Made by a program: the position numbers and the translations under genes. The notes beneath the pieces were generated by a model that worked only from the letters and a program-made list of their open reading frames with translations, made no database searches and had not been told where the DNA came from. 64,000 nt of DNA from NCBI RefSeq assembly GCF_006345805.1, contig NC_043009.1, forward strand, positions 67,580,001-67,644,000, written 5' to 3'. The stretch's first letter is position 1. Each line of letters opens with the position of its first letter. Origin of the DNA: Octopus sinensis (taxonomy: Eukaryota). Below are positions 11,631 to 25,100 of the stretch, piece by piece.

Positions 11631-13190
11631 TAAACATTTATTATTTGGTGCCAAAACTTTCCTCGCACCACCTACGACTTGGTCACTGACACGATTCCAG
11701 AGCATCTCGTTTATGAGGCTGTTGATTGATATATATCCATAGGCAGCAGAGTTGTTTCTTCTATTCTAATTAGGTCACCCGTTCTGGTTGGCTGCTCATG
11801 ACCAACTATCACCACCCAACCAGAACGACTAAAGTTAACAGCTTTTGTGTATTTTTAAATGGCTGAAACGTGTCTTCCACTCTGCAATCGTTTTATGATT
11901 TGATTTTGTATTTTTTTTAAACATAACATTTTCCTATATTTGTTTTGTTTTTTGTTTTTTCAAAGTGAGTTTATATCGGGTTTTACGTTATTTACTTCCC
12001 TCGCTTTATGTTCTCTATTGAAATTCTGCCGAGATTAATTTTCACTTTCATTAAGTACCACCACAAATCGATAACATAACGAATGACCAGTAATGTTCTG
12101 TGATTCGATGTAATATCGATTCACTTCATTCTACCTCTGCTCTATGAATTTATTGATTTTGTACAGAACATAGAAATTTTTGTGGTTGTGGCTGTTCGAC
12201 CCTCTACAAATATCAGCTAAATGCTTAAATCAAACCGTTTTACAAAAGGGAACGACCAATAGGACAATGAATGATTATTACGCCTGAAAAACAAGGTCGC
12301 CTCGTCAGGGATGCTACAACACGAAACAACAATATCTCTTTTCATTTTACTATGCTAATTTATATTCTCCAGCTACTTTATTCATTTTATTCATGAATTT
12401 ACGTACTTGTTTTTATATTTTGTGGATTACCTTTTCATATTTTCTTTCTACTTTTCTTTTGGCTTTATTTTCACATCTTTACACTCTAAATTTTATAAAT
12501 ATGTCACGAGTAAAATAGTTAATAACGGCAGAGGCAGCATTAATACCAAATGGTAATATTTATCTTCCATTTAAAGTGCATGTTGTGTTGATACACAAAA
12601 TGCTGCGTAATTTACCACGAGAAGACCCCCCACCTCATATGTATTTCTGGTGCATAAAAGCACTCCTGCTTATATCACTGACGGGCAATAACCTCCGCTT
12701 CTCACTCACCAGCGACATAAACATGAGTGCCACAAGTCCATAAGAGCGGTTCCCTTGTGGTACATAACGCAGTATTTTTTGTTCTAACACAGCATCCACT
12801 TTAAGTGGAAATGCTACCATGCCACGTGTAATATTTTTACAGGGTAGATTTCAAGTCAATAAAAACGTAAAGATTGTTTTTAACTGCTGATAGCATTAAC
12901 AAAAATATGATTTAATCCTGTCTTAATAGTATTTTGTATTCTACTCCAGTAAAATTACAAAATACTTTTGGGTGTGTTACATGAATTGTGTTTATGGGAC
13001 AATTTCAAACTTTTGACAAATATTTCCGTATCAATTGATAATAGATCAACAGCTGTCTGGATACATGTGTGTACAAATTATGCGCCGAACCCAAGCCAGT
13101 AAGGTCCCTTTCAAGTCAAAAGTTTTAATTGGGCAAAGATTTAATTCTTGCTCATTTGCTTTACTTTGGCAATAGGTTTGTTCCGAAAAA

Positions 13191-13500
13191 GGCGGCGAGC
13201 TGGCAGAAACGTTAGCACGCCGGGCGAAATACGTAGCCGTATTTCGTCTGCCCTTACGTTCTGAGTTCAAATTCCGCCGAAGTCGACTTTGCCTTTCATC
13301 CTTTCGGGGTCGATAAATTAAGTACCAGTTACGCACTGGTACTTAATCTGTTTGTCTGTCCTTGTTTGTCCTCTCTGTGTTTAGCCCTTTGTGGGTAGTA
13401 AAGAAATCGGTATTTCGTCTGTCTTTACGTTCTGAGTTCAAATTCTGCCGAGGTCGACGTTGCCTTTCCTCCTTTCGTGTTCGATGAATTACAACCTCGA
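13191..13500 (+). mobile_element. SINE family B with internal partial duplication
   Basis: GGCGGCGAGCTGGCAGAAACGTTAGCACGCCGGGCG head; the core TTTCGTCTG...GAGTTCAAATT...GAGGTCGAC occurs twice. Confidence 0.9.
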
Positions 13501-13686
13501 TTCTACCAATGCTTTCTAAGTGCACTTTGATTGATGGGATATATGCGGAAGCCCCTCGTCTGTGTGTGCGTTCATGTCTGTGTCTATGTGTTTTCATAAC
13601 CCGTAAATTAACAGTTCGACAGAAAGAGGACAATAAAATAATTTTCAGGTATTCTTTTCTACTCTACGTACGAGGCCCGAAACTTT

Positions 13687-14016
13687 GGGGAAGGGGACTA
13701 GTCGATTCGATCGACCCCGAAAGGATGAAAGGTAAAGTCGACCTCGGCGGAATTTGAACTCAGAACGTAGCGGCAGATGAAATACCTAATTTTTACTACC
13801 CACAAGGGGCTAAACACAGAGAGGACAATAAAGACAGATACACAGATTAAGTCGATTAAATCGTCCCCAGTGCGTAACTGGTACTTATTTAATCGACCCG
13901 AAAGGATGAAAGGCAAAGTCGACCTCAGCGGAATTTGAACTCAGAACGTAACGGCAGAAGAAACACCGCTACGCATTTCGCCCGGCGTGCTAACGTGTCA
14001 GCAAGCTCGATGCCTT
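13687..14016 (-). mobile_element. SINE family B with internal partial duplication
   Basis: Reverse complement of the 13191, 17320 and 33312 copies. Confidence 0.9.
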
Positions 14017-14084
14017 TTACGAGATTATTTATCATCAACAACCAAAAACGAAATTTGTAAATTAAAATGTATATATTTAGCTTT

Positions 14085-14300
14085 TGATTGGTTTCAAATT
14101 TTGTCACAAGGCCAGAAATGTCAGAAAGTGGGGATAAGTCGATTACATCGACCCTCTGAGATCAACTGGTATTTATTTTGTTGACCCCGAAAGAATGAAA
14201 AGCAATGTCAACTCCGATGAAATTTGAACTCAGAACGGATGAAACGCCGTTAAACATTTTGCTCAGCGTGCTAACGATTCTGCAAGTTCCCCCGCTTTTA
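14085..14300 (-). mobile_element. SINE family B (B2 tail)
   Basis: Homologous to 4168-4385 and 24880-25100. Confidence 0.75.
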
Positions 14301-14849
14301 TTTAGCTTTTAATCAACTACAGAATAATTAAACAAACTTCTAGAGTTCTTTTCCTTTGTTCAATTAATTTCAGCGAAGAACCTACAAGGTTATCTGTCGT
14401 GTGTTCGGTCATGCATTAGCATAAAGCCACACATTGTGGAAAAGAAATGTTCAACCGATTTTATCAAACACCCACTTTGAATCTCATCAGTACGTTAATG
14501 CTTGTTACTTAGAATGTCAATCCCATGAACCTGAACGCGAAGGCGCCCTCACTGGCTGAATCAAGCTTTGAGAATATCAAGGGAGACAATAAATAACATC
14601 TGGCGCATATTACAAATTACACTCTTTCGTATCCACCTCAGCGTTGCATTAATTAACGATTTTAAGTAACAATTAAAATCCGGAATTGTTTGTTTGTTTT
14701 GTTCGTGGACCGTAATTGATAGAATCTATTCGGGTACATGATTGGTATCTTATTTTACAAGCCTCATAACGGTGAATGACTAAATCGATTCAGAGAGCAT
14801 TTAAGTTCCAAACGTAAAGGGTCGTAACATAAGTATAACAAAACATTTG

Positions 14850-15262
14850 ATATGTATGTATGTATGTATGTACGTATGTATGTACGTATGTACGTATGTA
14901 TGTACGTATGTATGTACGTATGTATGTATGTATGCACGTATGTATGTATGTATGTATGTATGTACGTACGTATGTATCTATGTATGTATGTATGTTTGTA
15001 TGTATGTATGTATGTTTGTATGTATGTATGATGTATGTATGTATGTATGTATGTATGTATGTATGATGTATGTATGTATGTATGTATGTTTGTATGTATG
15101 TATGTGTATGTATGTATGTATGTATGTATGTATGTATGTATGTATGTATGTATGTTTGTATGTATGTGTGTATGTATGTATGTATGTATGATGTATGTAT
15201 GTATGTATGTATGTTTGTATGTATGTATGTGTGTGTATGTATGTATGTATGTATGTATGTAC
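14850..15262. repeat. (ATGT)n tetranucleotide array, ~410 bp
   Basis: Direct reading; contains ACGT and TTGT variant units. Confidence 0.98.
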
Positions 15263-15404
15263 ACAAGCACACGCATTGCTTTATAGTATAGACACAAGGC
15301 AGCGAACTGGCAGAGTCATCTGAACACCGGCCAAAATGCTTAGTGGCATTCGTTCAACTTTACGTTTTAAGTTCAAATTCCACCGAGATCAGCGGATCGA
15401 GTGC

Positions 15405-15569
15405 CTAAAAACTCCTGTTATATTTTTTGTCATTAAATATTATTAGGAATTGCATAGAAAAATGTGTAAATATTTTATGTACAGTATAACTAGTTTATTG
15501 TCCATTCATTTTAACATGATCTTATTTGGGTCCACAAGGGCCGTATGGACCCCCTGTTGAGAACCACTG
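15405..15569 (-). mobile_element. hAT (Charlie-type) MITE end
   Basis: TIR GTTGAGAACCACTG followed by GTCTAGAC, matching the nTCTAGAn target preference. Body matches 3254-3515. Confidence 0.7.
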
Positions 15570-16391
15570 GTCTAGACGGTGGCCATGGCTTGAGCGCTTT
15601 TGATCATAGGCCTGCTAAAGCCAGGACGACTTACCCGAAGTTAAACAGCGACAACAACAATTCGAACTTATTCCATCAATCCTGGAAGGGTTAAAAACAA
15701 AAGTCGAACACAGCGGGATTTGAACTCATAATAAAACTAATCGGAAGCGCTGCCGCCACCATGTTGCTTTTAATTAATTACTTTTTCACAAAACATTAAA
15801 AAAAGAAAAAGATAAAAAATAAAACAACGTAATAGCCATTATTTTCTTCATTATCAACCAAACTTCAGCGAACTGGTTCCAGGCGGAAATTGAAAACGGT
15901 TCGCAGAATATGAATTACTGGGAGCTTATTTCATTTTTACAGCAGACACGTGACGCTTAAATATTAACGATTTTTGTTTTGGATGTTTTTGTTGAAGATG
16001 TTTCATTAGTACAATTTGTTATTTATATTTAGATTAATGGCGGGTTAGCGAGAGCAAAGGAGGAAGTGACGTAGAGTGAGAAAGGGAGAAAGAGGGAGAG
16101 ACAAAGAGAAAGAGAGTTTAATGATACGGAAGAAGGAGAGATGAAAGATAGACGTAGAGGCGACTTGAATTCTAGTCAGAAATATATGAACGAGGAGGAT
16201 GGAGCGATAAGAGAAAATAAAAGAGATACATTTAAATAAATGCAGCTACGTAACACATACACAGACGATCACATACACACACACATAGAGGCACAAAGAA
16301 AGCCAGACTTAACACATGAACCTAAACATACACACACTTGCATTGTCTTACTCACACGCATATAACACCCACATACATATACATGTATATA

Positions 16392-16877
16392 CAGTAATCC
16401 TTCTCATATCGCGCACTCAGTACATCGCGGACTTTTCTGGCTGATATATGTAAATTTATATCACGAACTCTTCAATATATCGCGGGTTTCTGCAGCCGAT
16501 AGGTATTTATATTTTTTTTAGATTTTAAATATTTCTGTGGTAAAATAAGCATTTTCACGCCCGAAAATTAATAAATCAAGAAATAGAAATACAGTACAGT
16601 ACTGGAGACTGTAAGAACAAATTAATTAGAATATATTAAAAGAAAATACGTCGTGTTGTGCTGTAGATGAGTAAACAAAGAATTGCACATAGTGTATGGA
16701 AAAGGAAACACGGGAGGCGAGTGTGTAGTGTTGTTTTGCATTTATAATAAAGTAAATATATATACAAGTTATAAAGATGATAAAGCATATACACAGTACA
16801 GTACTGGTTCTACTTCGCGGATTTTTATCTACTGCCGGTGGTTTTGGAACGTAACACCCGCGATAGTCGAGAAATTA

Positions 16878-16880
<3 letters not shown>
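16392..16880. mobile_element. Tigger/pogo-type MITE
   Basis: TA-flanked TIRs CAGTAATCCTTCTCATATCGCG / CGCGATAGTCGAGAAATTACTG. Second copy at 48623-48853. Confidence 0.8.
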
Positions 16881-16913
<33 letters not shown>

Positions 16914-16934
16914 TATCATATCATAGACACATAA

Positions 16935-17208
16935 GAGCTCGGCAATTTCTTGCCGAACAACCACACAGATGATTTGTTTCTAGTGATCAAACGCTTGTGC
17001 TGCGCATAAGCTCACCCCCTCCATCAAACTAATATTACCCGTACGGGTGCACAACGTGCCACGTTTGCCGGATGACGAAATGATCACAGAGCAACGTGAT
17101 ATGAAGTATTTTGCTCAAGAACACAACGCAACACCCGGCCTGGGAATCGAAACTGCGATCTCGCATTCGTGAGTGCAGCATTCTGACCATTAAGCCAAGC
17201 GCCTTCAC
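16935..17208 (-). mobile_element. tRNA-derived SINE family E
   Basis: Minus strand GTGAAGGCGCTTGGCTTAATGGTCAGAATGC...GTTTCGATTCCCAGGCCGGG...GTTCTTGAGCAAAATACTTC. Confidence 0.75.
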
Positions 17209-17319
17209 ACACTCGCATGAAATAAATAGGCTTTAATCCAAACCACAGCAAATATATCCGTGCATTAGTAACAACTGTTGGTACTTTTCCGTATTATACA
17301 TATTACATAAATATTATAA

Positions 17320-17730
17320 GGCGGCGAGCTGGCAGAAACGTTAGCACGCCGGGCGAAATTCTTAGCGGTATTTCGTCTGCGTTACGTTGTGAGTTCAAAT
17401 TCCGCCGAGGTCGACTTTGCCTTTCATCCTTTCGGGGTCGATAAATTAAGTACCAGTTACGCACTGGGGTCGATGTAATCGACTTAATACCTATGTCTGT
17501 CCTTGTTTGTCCCCTCTCTGTTTAGCCCCTTGTGGGTAATAAAGAAATAGGTATTTCGTCTGCCGTTACGTTCTGAGTTCAAATTCCGCCGAGGTCGACT
17601 TTGCCTTTCATCCTTTCGGGGTCGATTAAATAAGTACCAGTTACACACTGGGTCAATATAATCGATTTAATCCGTTTGCCTGTCCTTGTTTGTCCCCTCT
17701 ATGTTTAGCCCCTTGTGGGCAATAATGAAA
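17320..17730 (+). mobile_element. SINE family B, full length with duplicated core and tail
   Basis: Head followed by two tandem copies of core plus CTGTCCTTGTTTGTCCCCTCT...AGCCCCTTGTGGG tail. Confidence 0.92.
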
Positions 17731-18681
17731 TTATTATATAAATATTATACAACCATGCTCAAACAGCAGCCGTATCCTCGCACATATTCATGTGAGTGGC
17801 TTGGAGAGGTATTGGCTTAATGTAAACACTGCAACATCCCGTTGGATAAGTGCTTTATTAATTAACGGGGAAGACCTTATTACTGTGTGACACCGTGTCT
17901 TTCTGTGAATTACATTAAGAGTACAAGTGTTTGGTGATCATCAAACTACTTGTGCTATAATTCATGGTAAAGCAGTTTATCGAACGACTGGAAGAAGAAA
18001 ACTGATCTTCAAAGTCGACACAAAACATTTACTTGTCTTTGCCAAACTGGAGCTAAATACTTTCTTCCACAGAATTAGACAAAGCAACTTTCCTCTCTCA
18101 CCAAAACAACTACTACAAGTGAGCTACGAGCAAAGTTGTGGTATGTGAATGACTTTTCCTCCTGGACAACGTGATATAATCAGAACGTGTTATTTGAAGT
18201 CAATGTTCGCATGAAGGCAAGAAAACAAAGCGGAAACGTGTCTAGATTTATTTCCCCTGCCTACTAGGAACATATTTTAAAATAATTATGCTAACAGCTA
18301 AAATTAGTACCAAACCAAAAATACTGGAAAGAGATACGTCGATCAACTAGGTTTCTGTACGTAACTTATACATATTTTACATATTTTACAGACCTCAGAT
18401 GGGTGAAAGATAATGATGTCTTCGGCGTAATTTGAACTCAGAACGTGAGAGATTGCTTACCGTCACCTCGTGCTTGTTTTCACATGAGGCTGTTTCTACA
18501 CTAGCTTTGTTATAATCCCCGAACAGCCCACTAACGTAGATACTTTATATAATATGCTAGTCAGCTATTTTATAAATTACATAATATATGTTTATATAGA
18601 TTTGTATCGAAATCATGCAAAATAAAGCCACTGCCCCATAGAGAACGATTCTCCTTATGGGCGATGAATAGTGGCGCATCT

Positions 18682-18715
18682 CTGATGAGGGAACGATTAT
18701 TGCCGAAACAAGGTT
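18682..18715 (+). ncRNA. Hammerhead-like core, degenerate
   Basis: CTGATGA-GGGAA-CGATTA-TTGCC-GAAA-C. Both core boxes are exact and stem II is 4/5 paired; stems I and III are not convincingly recoverable. Confidence 0.4.
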
Positions 18716-18743
18716 CTCAATTACTATATAAGCCTGTGAACAT

Positions 18744-18872
<129 letters not shown>

Positions 18873-21829
18873 ATAACAAATGTAATGCAATGTAAAACTA
18901 GCTACTTCGTACTTGAAGTTTTCTTTTCCGGTTCAGTTCCAGAGAGGATGTGCACCACATTTATCATAGCAGAAATTTGTTGGACTGGCGGACAGATATC
19001 AATTTATTGGTTCTCTGTGTTAAGATCACGCACACACAAACACAGGAATATGCAGAATACATACTTACATACATGCACACACGCATACATACATATATGC
19101 ATACACACACATATATACATACATACATACATACATATCTGCATACACAAGCCCACATGCAAGCTGACGCACACACATGCGCACACCAGACAAAAAGGAA
19201 TGCAGCTCCAATAACGGACAGAGACAACAATCCTTAACAAGGCTGCAAAAGCAACGAAAATTTTGGAAGAAAAATATAAATAATAAATGAGTGAAAATCG
19301 AACCGGTGCGTGTGTTAGATAATAAGGCATTAAGACAATATAACTGTCCCAGAACAACAAAATATGTTAAGATCATTTGCCGTATATTAAGAAGGATGTA
19401 AGCGTTTGTGTGGTCGCAAAGTCTCTGTTTTATATCAAATCAATAATGAGTCTTTGCGATGCGTTTGAGAATTTCTGAAATGGTTTCCTCAAAAGCGAAA
19501 CGAAAATAATTTAAAGCTGAACGTTGTAAAGGAATCGCAGTGATCTATACTGACCACCTGCTGTTTTGTATTTGTCTGTGGTTTTTGTGCTGTTAAATGG
19601 TTGAGATATACATTTGCCTCTTGGGTAACATAGTTTTATTGTTTGTAGATTATTCTGCTGAAGGATGGGTATTCGGCATAGGAAGCAAAAGATCACATGC
19701 TAAATAAAAGTGGTTTCACTGCTTGGAACAATAAGCTGCTCCAAACCTATCATACATAATTAAAGCTAGATGGAACAGAATATTTCAGTCGTGAATGAAC
19801 TGGATCCGGACTCAAAATGCGAATCTCCGGCTTTTTAATTAAAAGTCTGCCACAGAATCCAATTAGACTATACTCACTCTCGACGTGCGACTGGTTCAAC
19901 TGGAAAGCTGAAATCGGTTTTCAAAATCGACAGAAGATCAGATATGTTCAATGTTTTGCTATTACGTCGATCATATTAAATGACAGCATTACATCATCAA
20001 TCAGCGGAGCCAATCAATGCAGAAAACATTAAAATAATTAATAGCTTTCTTTATTACACACGGAAAGGTATTGACTAGTTCACCGATCTGTGATCAAATC
20101 GATATTATCATATCAAACTATTCGATAACTGCAACAAGATTTTGTTTGAGGAAACCTCGTCATTTAAAAGAGATTGCTTAATATGAAAAATTGCTCTGTA
20201 TTTGGAGGGGTGGAATAATGTAACAGTTTAGGTCAATTTATAGGTGGTGACCTCAATTTGAAATATTAAAAAAAAGGACCACATTTTGAGATGGAATTGT
20301 ATGAAGGGAACAAAGAAGAGAAAGAAAGTGAAAACGGTGTTTATAATAAAGTGATTGTGATAAAGAGAAAATGAATGAAATAAGAGGAGATGAAAGGAGT
20401 GTGTCTGACACGCTGCATGTCTAACCACCGACAATATAATTCGATGTGATTAATGTTTGTGTTAGCTACGATAAGGAATAGGAGTTTTGATTTAGATCCA
20501 AAGAGAAACCTTTACGCAGTCGCTCGACCTACTAGAAAGATCAGTTATTCCACCATCTTAAAAAGCAAAGGGCACAGGTAAAAGTAAAACTGAATAGGCA
20601 TGACTCGAATAGCTTTTATTACAGGCTTGATGGATCAGATATAACCCGAGGTTCGATAAGATCAAAGCAAATCCAGATTTAGAAAAGGCTAAAGCGGATT
20701 CAGAAAAATAAATCTTTCGATATGACAGCATTTAATATCTGTAGTTTCTAGTATAGCAGATCTCCTATCGGTTACCTTTACATAGTTGCTCAACATGCTA
20801 AAGATAACAGTAAAATATCCCTCCAAATCACTCCATCACAGAGATTCCTAAAGAACGTGATAAGCACTTAAGTCAATTTTTACGGATATGTGGCTGTGAA
20901 GTAGATTTCATAGCAGACAGCTCTGCATAGAGTTAGAGACGAGTGACGTGATATGATATTCAGCTTTACTAACTTTCGATATGTGTACCGCCAATGAGAT
21001 AAGTTTGGAAGGCTCTGCCTAACATCTTCAACAAACTTATATTTGATACATTAATCTTCGATACACTATATGGGACACGTTTAATCGCAGTCTTGCCCGA
21101 ACCAGTTGTAATGACCACACGCAAACGAGTGAGCCTCAACGACGAGTTAAAGTTGATGCAAGATAAAGTAGCCACATCATTCTAAAATCACGCTGGACCC
21201 GCCTTATATATACACAAAGGATGCGTTAGACGAAGTTCACCTTATCCTAGAAATAGATTAGAAATTCACGAGTGGAATGTCTTTGTCCATAGAAATTCTC
21301 TGACATATTTGAGTTGAGCTTAGGCAATTTCAACAACATGGCGTAGTGGGGACATATGAAAAGTCGTCCCCATTTCTTAGAGTTCCGGCCTAAAGCGTCT
21401 TAAACTGATCTGACTGTACACCAGACAGCAAATGAGCCTCAGTCTAGTCGTTCGGCCTGCTACCAGGAGCAGATGAATCTCTCTCAAGTTAAACTCTAAT
21501 GTCTTAAGACCATAACTGAAAAGTAACATTTCATAATAATTCCAGTAATGATGTTAAATGACCACCAAAAGGACAGAAGTTGTATCTTCTGCAAGTCTCA
21601 ATAAATATGACACATTTCAACGAAAAGTGGTTTCAAGCATGACATTCCCCAACAGAAGATAGATTGGTGGATAAGACTGCTTTCCACTCTTCAGAGTGAT
21701 GATATATTCAATGGCTGTCTCTGATTTATGCAGTAAAAGAGTTAAAAGAGTAAGGTTTCATTATATAATGGAAATTTCGCGATATCGTATCTGAAATTAA
21801 GAAAGCTGTCACGCCTGGAATGTATTTAA

Positions 21830-21980
21830 TAATTCGCCTGCTCAATTCCGCCGAGGCTGACTTTGCCTTTCATGTCTTTGGAATCGATACAATTAATACC
21901 AGTTGAGCACTAAGGTCGATGTAATCGAATTACCCCCTCCCCCAAAATTGCTGGCCTTGTACCCAATTCGAAACCAATAA
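21830..21980 (+). mobile_element. SINE family B (B2 tail), 5'-truncated
   Basis: CAATTCCGCCGAGGCTGACTTTGCCTTTCAT...CCCCCTCCCCCAAAATTGCTGGCCTTG. Confidence 0.75.
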
Positions 21981-22345
21981 TGTGCCTGCTCGATTAGAGC
22001 AAACTGCTGCAAATCAACCGGTGATTATATTATTGATTTCTTGAAGAAGGAGGGCAAAACCGACCTGACTGGATTTGAACTGAGAATGTAGATAATAGAA
22101 TGTATATAATGTTACAGTTTTATTTTAGGTCGAGACTGTATCGTGTCTGCCATCTCGGCGCCTTCCTAGACAATGACGGAGCCTCTTCAAAGGAAAACAT
22201 TCGAGAAATGAAAATTACGAAAATTAGAAGGATGAAAATAGTTTAGTTGTTCTGAAAGAATTTGGGATTAAAAAGAGAGAGAGGGGGGTAATAGAGAGAT
22301 AGGTGGGAGACGGAGACGGAGGGGAGAGAGAGAGAGAGAGAGAGG

Positions 22346-22394
<49 letters not shown>

Positions 22395-23157
22395 TAGAGA
22401 AGCAGAAAGGGGCAAGTTAAGAACTAGAGGAGGCGACTGCGAAGGAGAAAGAACTGCAAATCTATTTAAACGAGAATCGTGCATGGATAAGCATATATTT
22501 TACAGGTAAAATAAGTGATGCTAGCGAGGTAGGTATTGTAAAAAGTAAATAAATAAATAAATGAGAATGTAGGTGAGTAGGCTTTCGAAGTTATTTTAAT
22601 AAAGCGTTTAGAGTTTAGAATAAAAGGAAAAAATAAAGAAATAGAGGCCACTATAAATAAACCTTCGTGTTTTCTATGTTAGCATAGGAACTGTATTAGT
22701 TTTTCGTGTTAGTTATAAGTATAAAATAAACAGGCAAATCACATCGCTGCTGAGTCCGTGTAGCTATCAAAACACAGAGATTATTATGTTCACTTTTACG
22801 TTATTATTATTTTTGACACAATAATATGTTTTATAAGGCATTAAAGTCTTTTGTCGTAGATCAACGACCTGGCAGCTGAAGCTCAGATAAGTACATAACC
22901 AGTGATCATAGAATGGTTGAGTATCTAATGATGATGATGATGATGATGATATACAAGTCTTTTTTTTTAGTATTGATACAAAACCACAGCTGCTTTAGGA
23001 ATAGTCTTCGTAGTAAATCATTTATTTCATCTAGTTTTTGATATACTGAGGTCAATATTATTTATCATAGTTCTCCATCACTAATTTATCGCTTTTTACT
23101 AACATTAGAAATCCCTATTTTATCATTTTTCTGACACACACACCTGTCTTCGTCTCC

Positions 23158-23195
<38 letters not shown>

Positions 23196-23215
23196 TATAT
23201 ATACATATATATATA

Positions 23216-23271
<56 letters not shown>

Positions 23272-23291
23272 TATACATGTATATATACATA

Positions 23292-23352
<61 letters not shown>

Positions 23353-23989
23353 TATAAAAAATAATATATCACTATTACAAAATAATAATAGTAATAATAA
23401 TAATAATATATTGCTATTTCAAAAAATGATAAAATACTCATAAATATAACAGTGCACGTGCATGTATGAAAAGCAAAATTGACTCTTCCACGATGAATTA
23501 TTTTGTTTTGTTCCGATCTCAAATCAAATTACTTCTTTAAAAAAGTACAATCCAAGTAAAGAACAAGAAAACAGAAGAAGTAATATCTTTCCAATATACT
23601 AATTCACAGGGTTCACCAAGTGCCCTCACGTGAACGCAACACAGAAGCAGAATTCAAGACACCAAGATTCTGAAATACTCCAAGAACTGTGTTGCATGCG
23701 TTCAATTAAACACATCTAAAACCATCAACTCTCATTTCCCAGTCATGGCAACCAATGTCCTTAGAAGTGATAGCATCCTATGGCAGCCAGCTCAAGGAAT
23801 TTTCTGAACGGTTTGATGCCATAAGCCGGCCCTACACTTGAGCAACATCTCAGGTGAAGCAACCCAAGGTGCTAGGACAGGTAGCAAGCGCTAGAGATCA
23901 CATGATGTTTGGAGATCTCTCTGGCCTTTCCGGTTATACATTTTCGTATCGTTATCAGTAAGGAACGTACCTGATGCCCTCGTACACTA

Positions 23990-24300
23990 GATGACTGATT
24001 TAGAATGAATATGTTACCCGCTTTTGAGCTGTTCAGCAATGGTACTCATCGACACGCGGAAATTATCGTTGATCATATCCTGGAACTTATGGACGACTTC
24101 ATGACCATGGCCTCATTTCACCGCTGAGAATGTCTCTTTCTCTTTGTCAAAGATGACACATCGCCTCCAGAAACTCCCAGCACTTTTCTAACCTTGAACC
24201 GTAAGGACCGGGTCACATACAGCAAACTCATCCCTGAGTATATGGGATTGGCGGCGAAAAATGCAAGCACAGCGTAGTTTTCATTTGCTATGTCAGACTC
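23990..24300 (-). pseudogene. mariner transposase N-terminal (HTH) remnant
   Basis: Frameshifted peptides KVRKCWEFLEAMCHL and EVVHKFQDMINDNFRVSMSTIAEQLK resemble the mariner HTH region. A mariner-type GCCCTCGTA end lies at 23976-23984. Confidence 0.5.
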
Positions 24301-24879
24301 GAATCTGCCATGTTGTTTTGTGATACTTTTAGCAAAAAAAAATATAATGAGAAATTTAAAATTTGGCTTATTATATGCGTAAAATTACGTTGTGTCAATT
24401 TCCATTTATGGCTCGTTAAGTGGTTTCTTCAAAGTAAAATCGAAATCCGAAAATATAGCCATCTTCAAATAGAAACACTCAGATATTAACACATACTTAT
24501 AGCAGCATGGGAAATTAATAATAAAATGATTTAAAAGCAAATGGATGAACATATTACAGATGCCATGGTTTATTTTATGTGTGAGATAGCGGAAACATTG
24601 GAGCGTCGGATTGCGATATTTCTTCCAGCTCTTTACATTCTGAGTTCGAATACTGCTGAAATCTCAACTTTATCTTCGACCCCTTCAGGGTTCGACCGAA
24701 ACAGAATGCTCTGATATTTTACAACGATTTCATGGCCGCCAAATAATTTATCTTTTGTATGCTATGTTACTAGAAGCGTCATCTTCTTATTTATGTTGGC
24801 AAGCACGTGACATGTGTTACATCATATTACTGTTGTTTCATTACGTGTTACTATCTTTTTAATATTATTTACTTTCTTT

Positions 24880-25100
24880 AAGGCGGTGAGATAGCAGAAT
24901 CCTTTGCATGCCGGACAAAATGCCCAATGGCATTTCGTCCGTCTTTCTGTTCTCAGTTCAAATTCCGCTGAGGTCACTATGCCTGTCATCCTTTCAGGGC
25001 CGATAAGACAAGTATCAGTTGAGTATTAGGGTCGATGTAATCGACTTACCCTCCCCTCCCCCGAAATTGCTGGCTTTGATCCAAAATTTGAAACCAATGT
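24880..25100 (+). mobile_element. SINE family B (B2 tail)
   Basis: Head AAGGCGGTGAGATAGCAGAATC, core and B2 tail. Confidence 0.8.

Noticed and set aside
12635-12820. 61-aa non-repetitive ORF (MVAFPLKVDAVLEQKILRY...)
   Set aside because: No recognisable domain or convincing splice context; it could be a decayed LINE piece but I cannot assign it.
20969-21175. ORF containing TTGSGKT (Walker A-like)
   Set aside because: The motif is isolated, with no helicase or ATPase context and no splice support; the opposite strand looks vaguely like a decayed LINE end.
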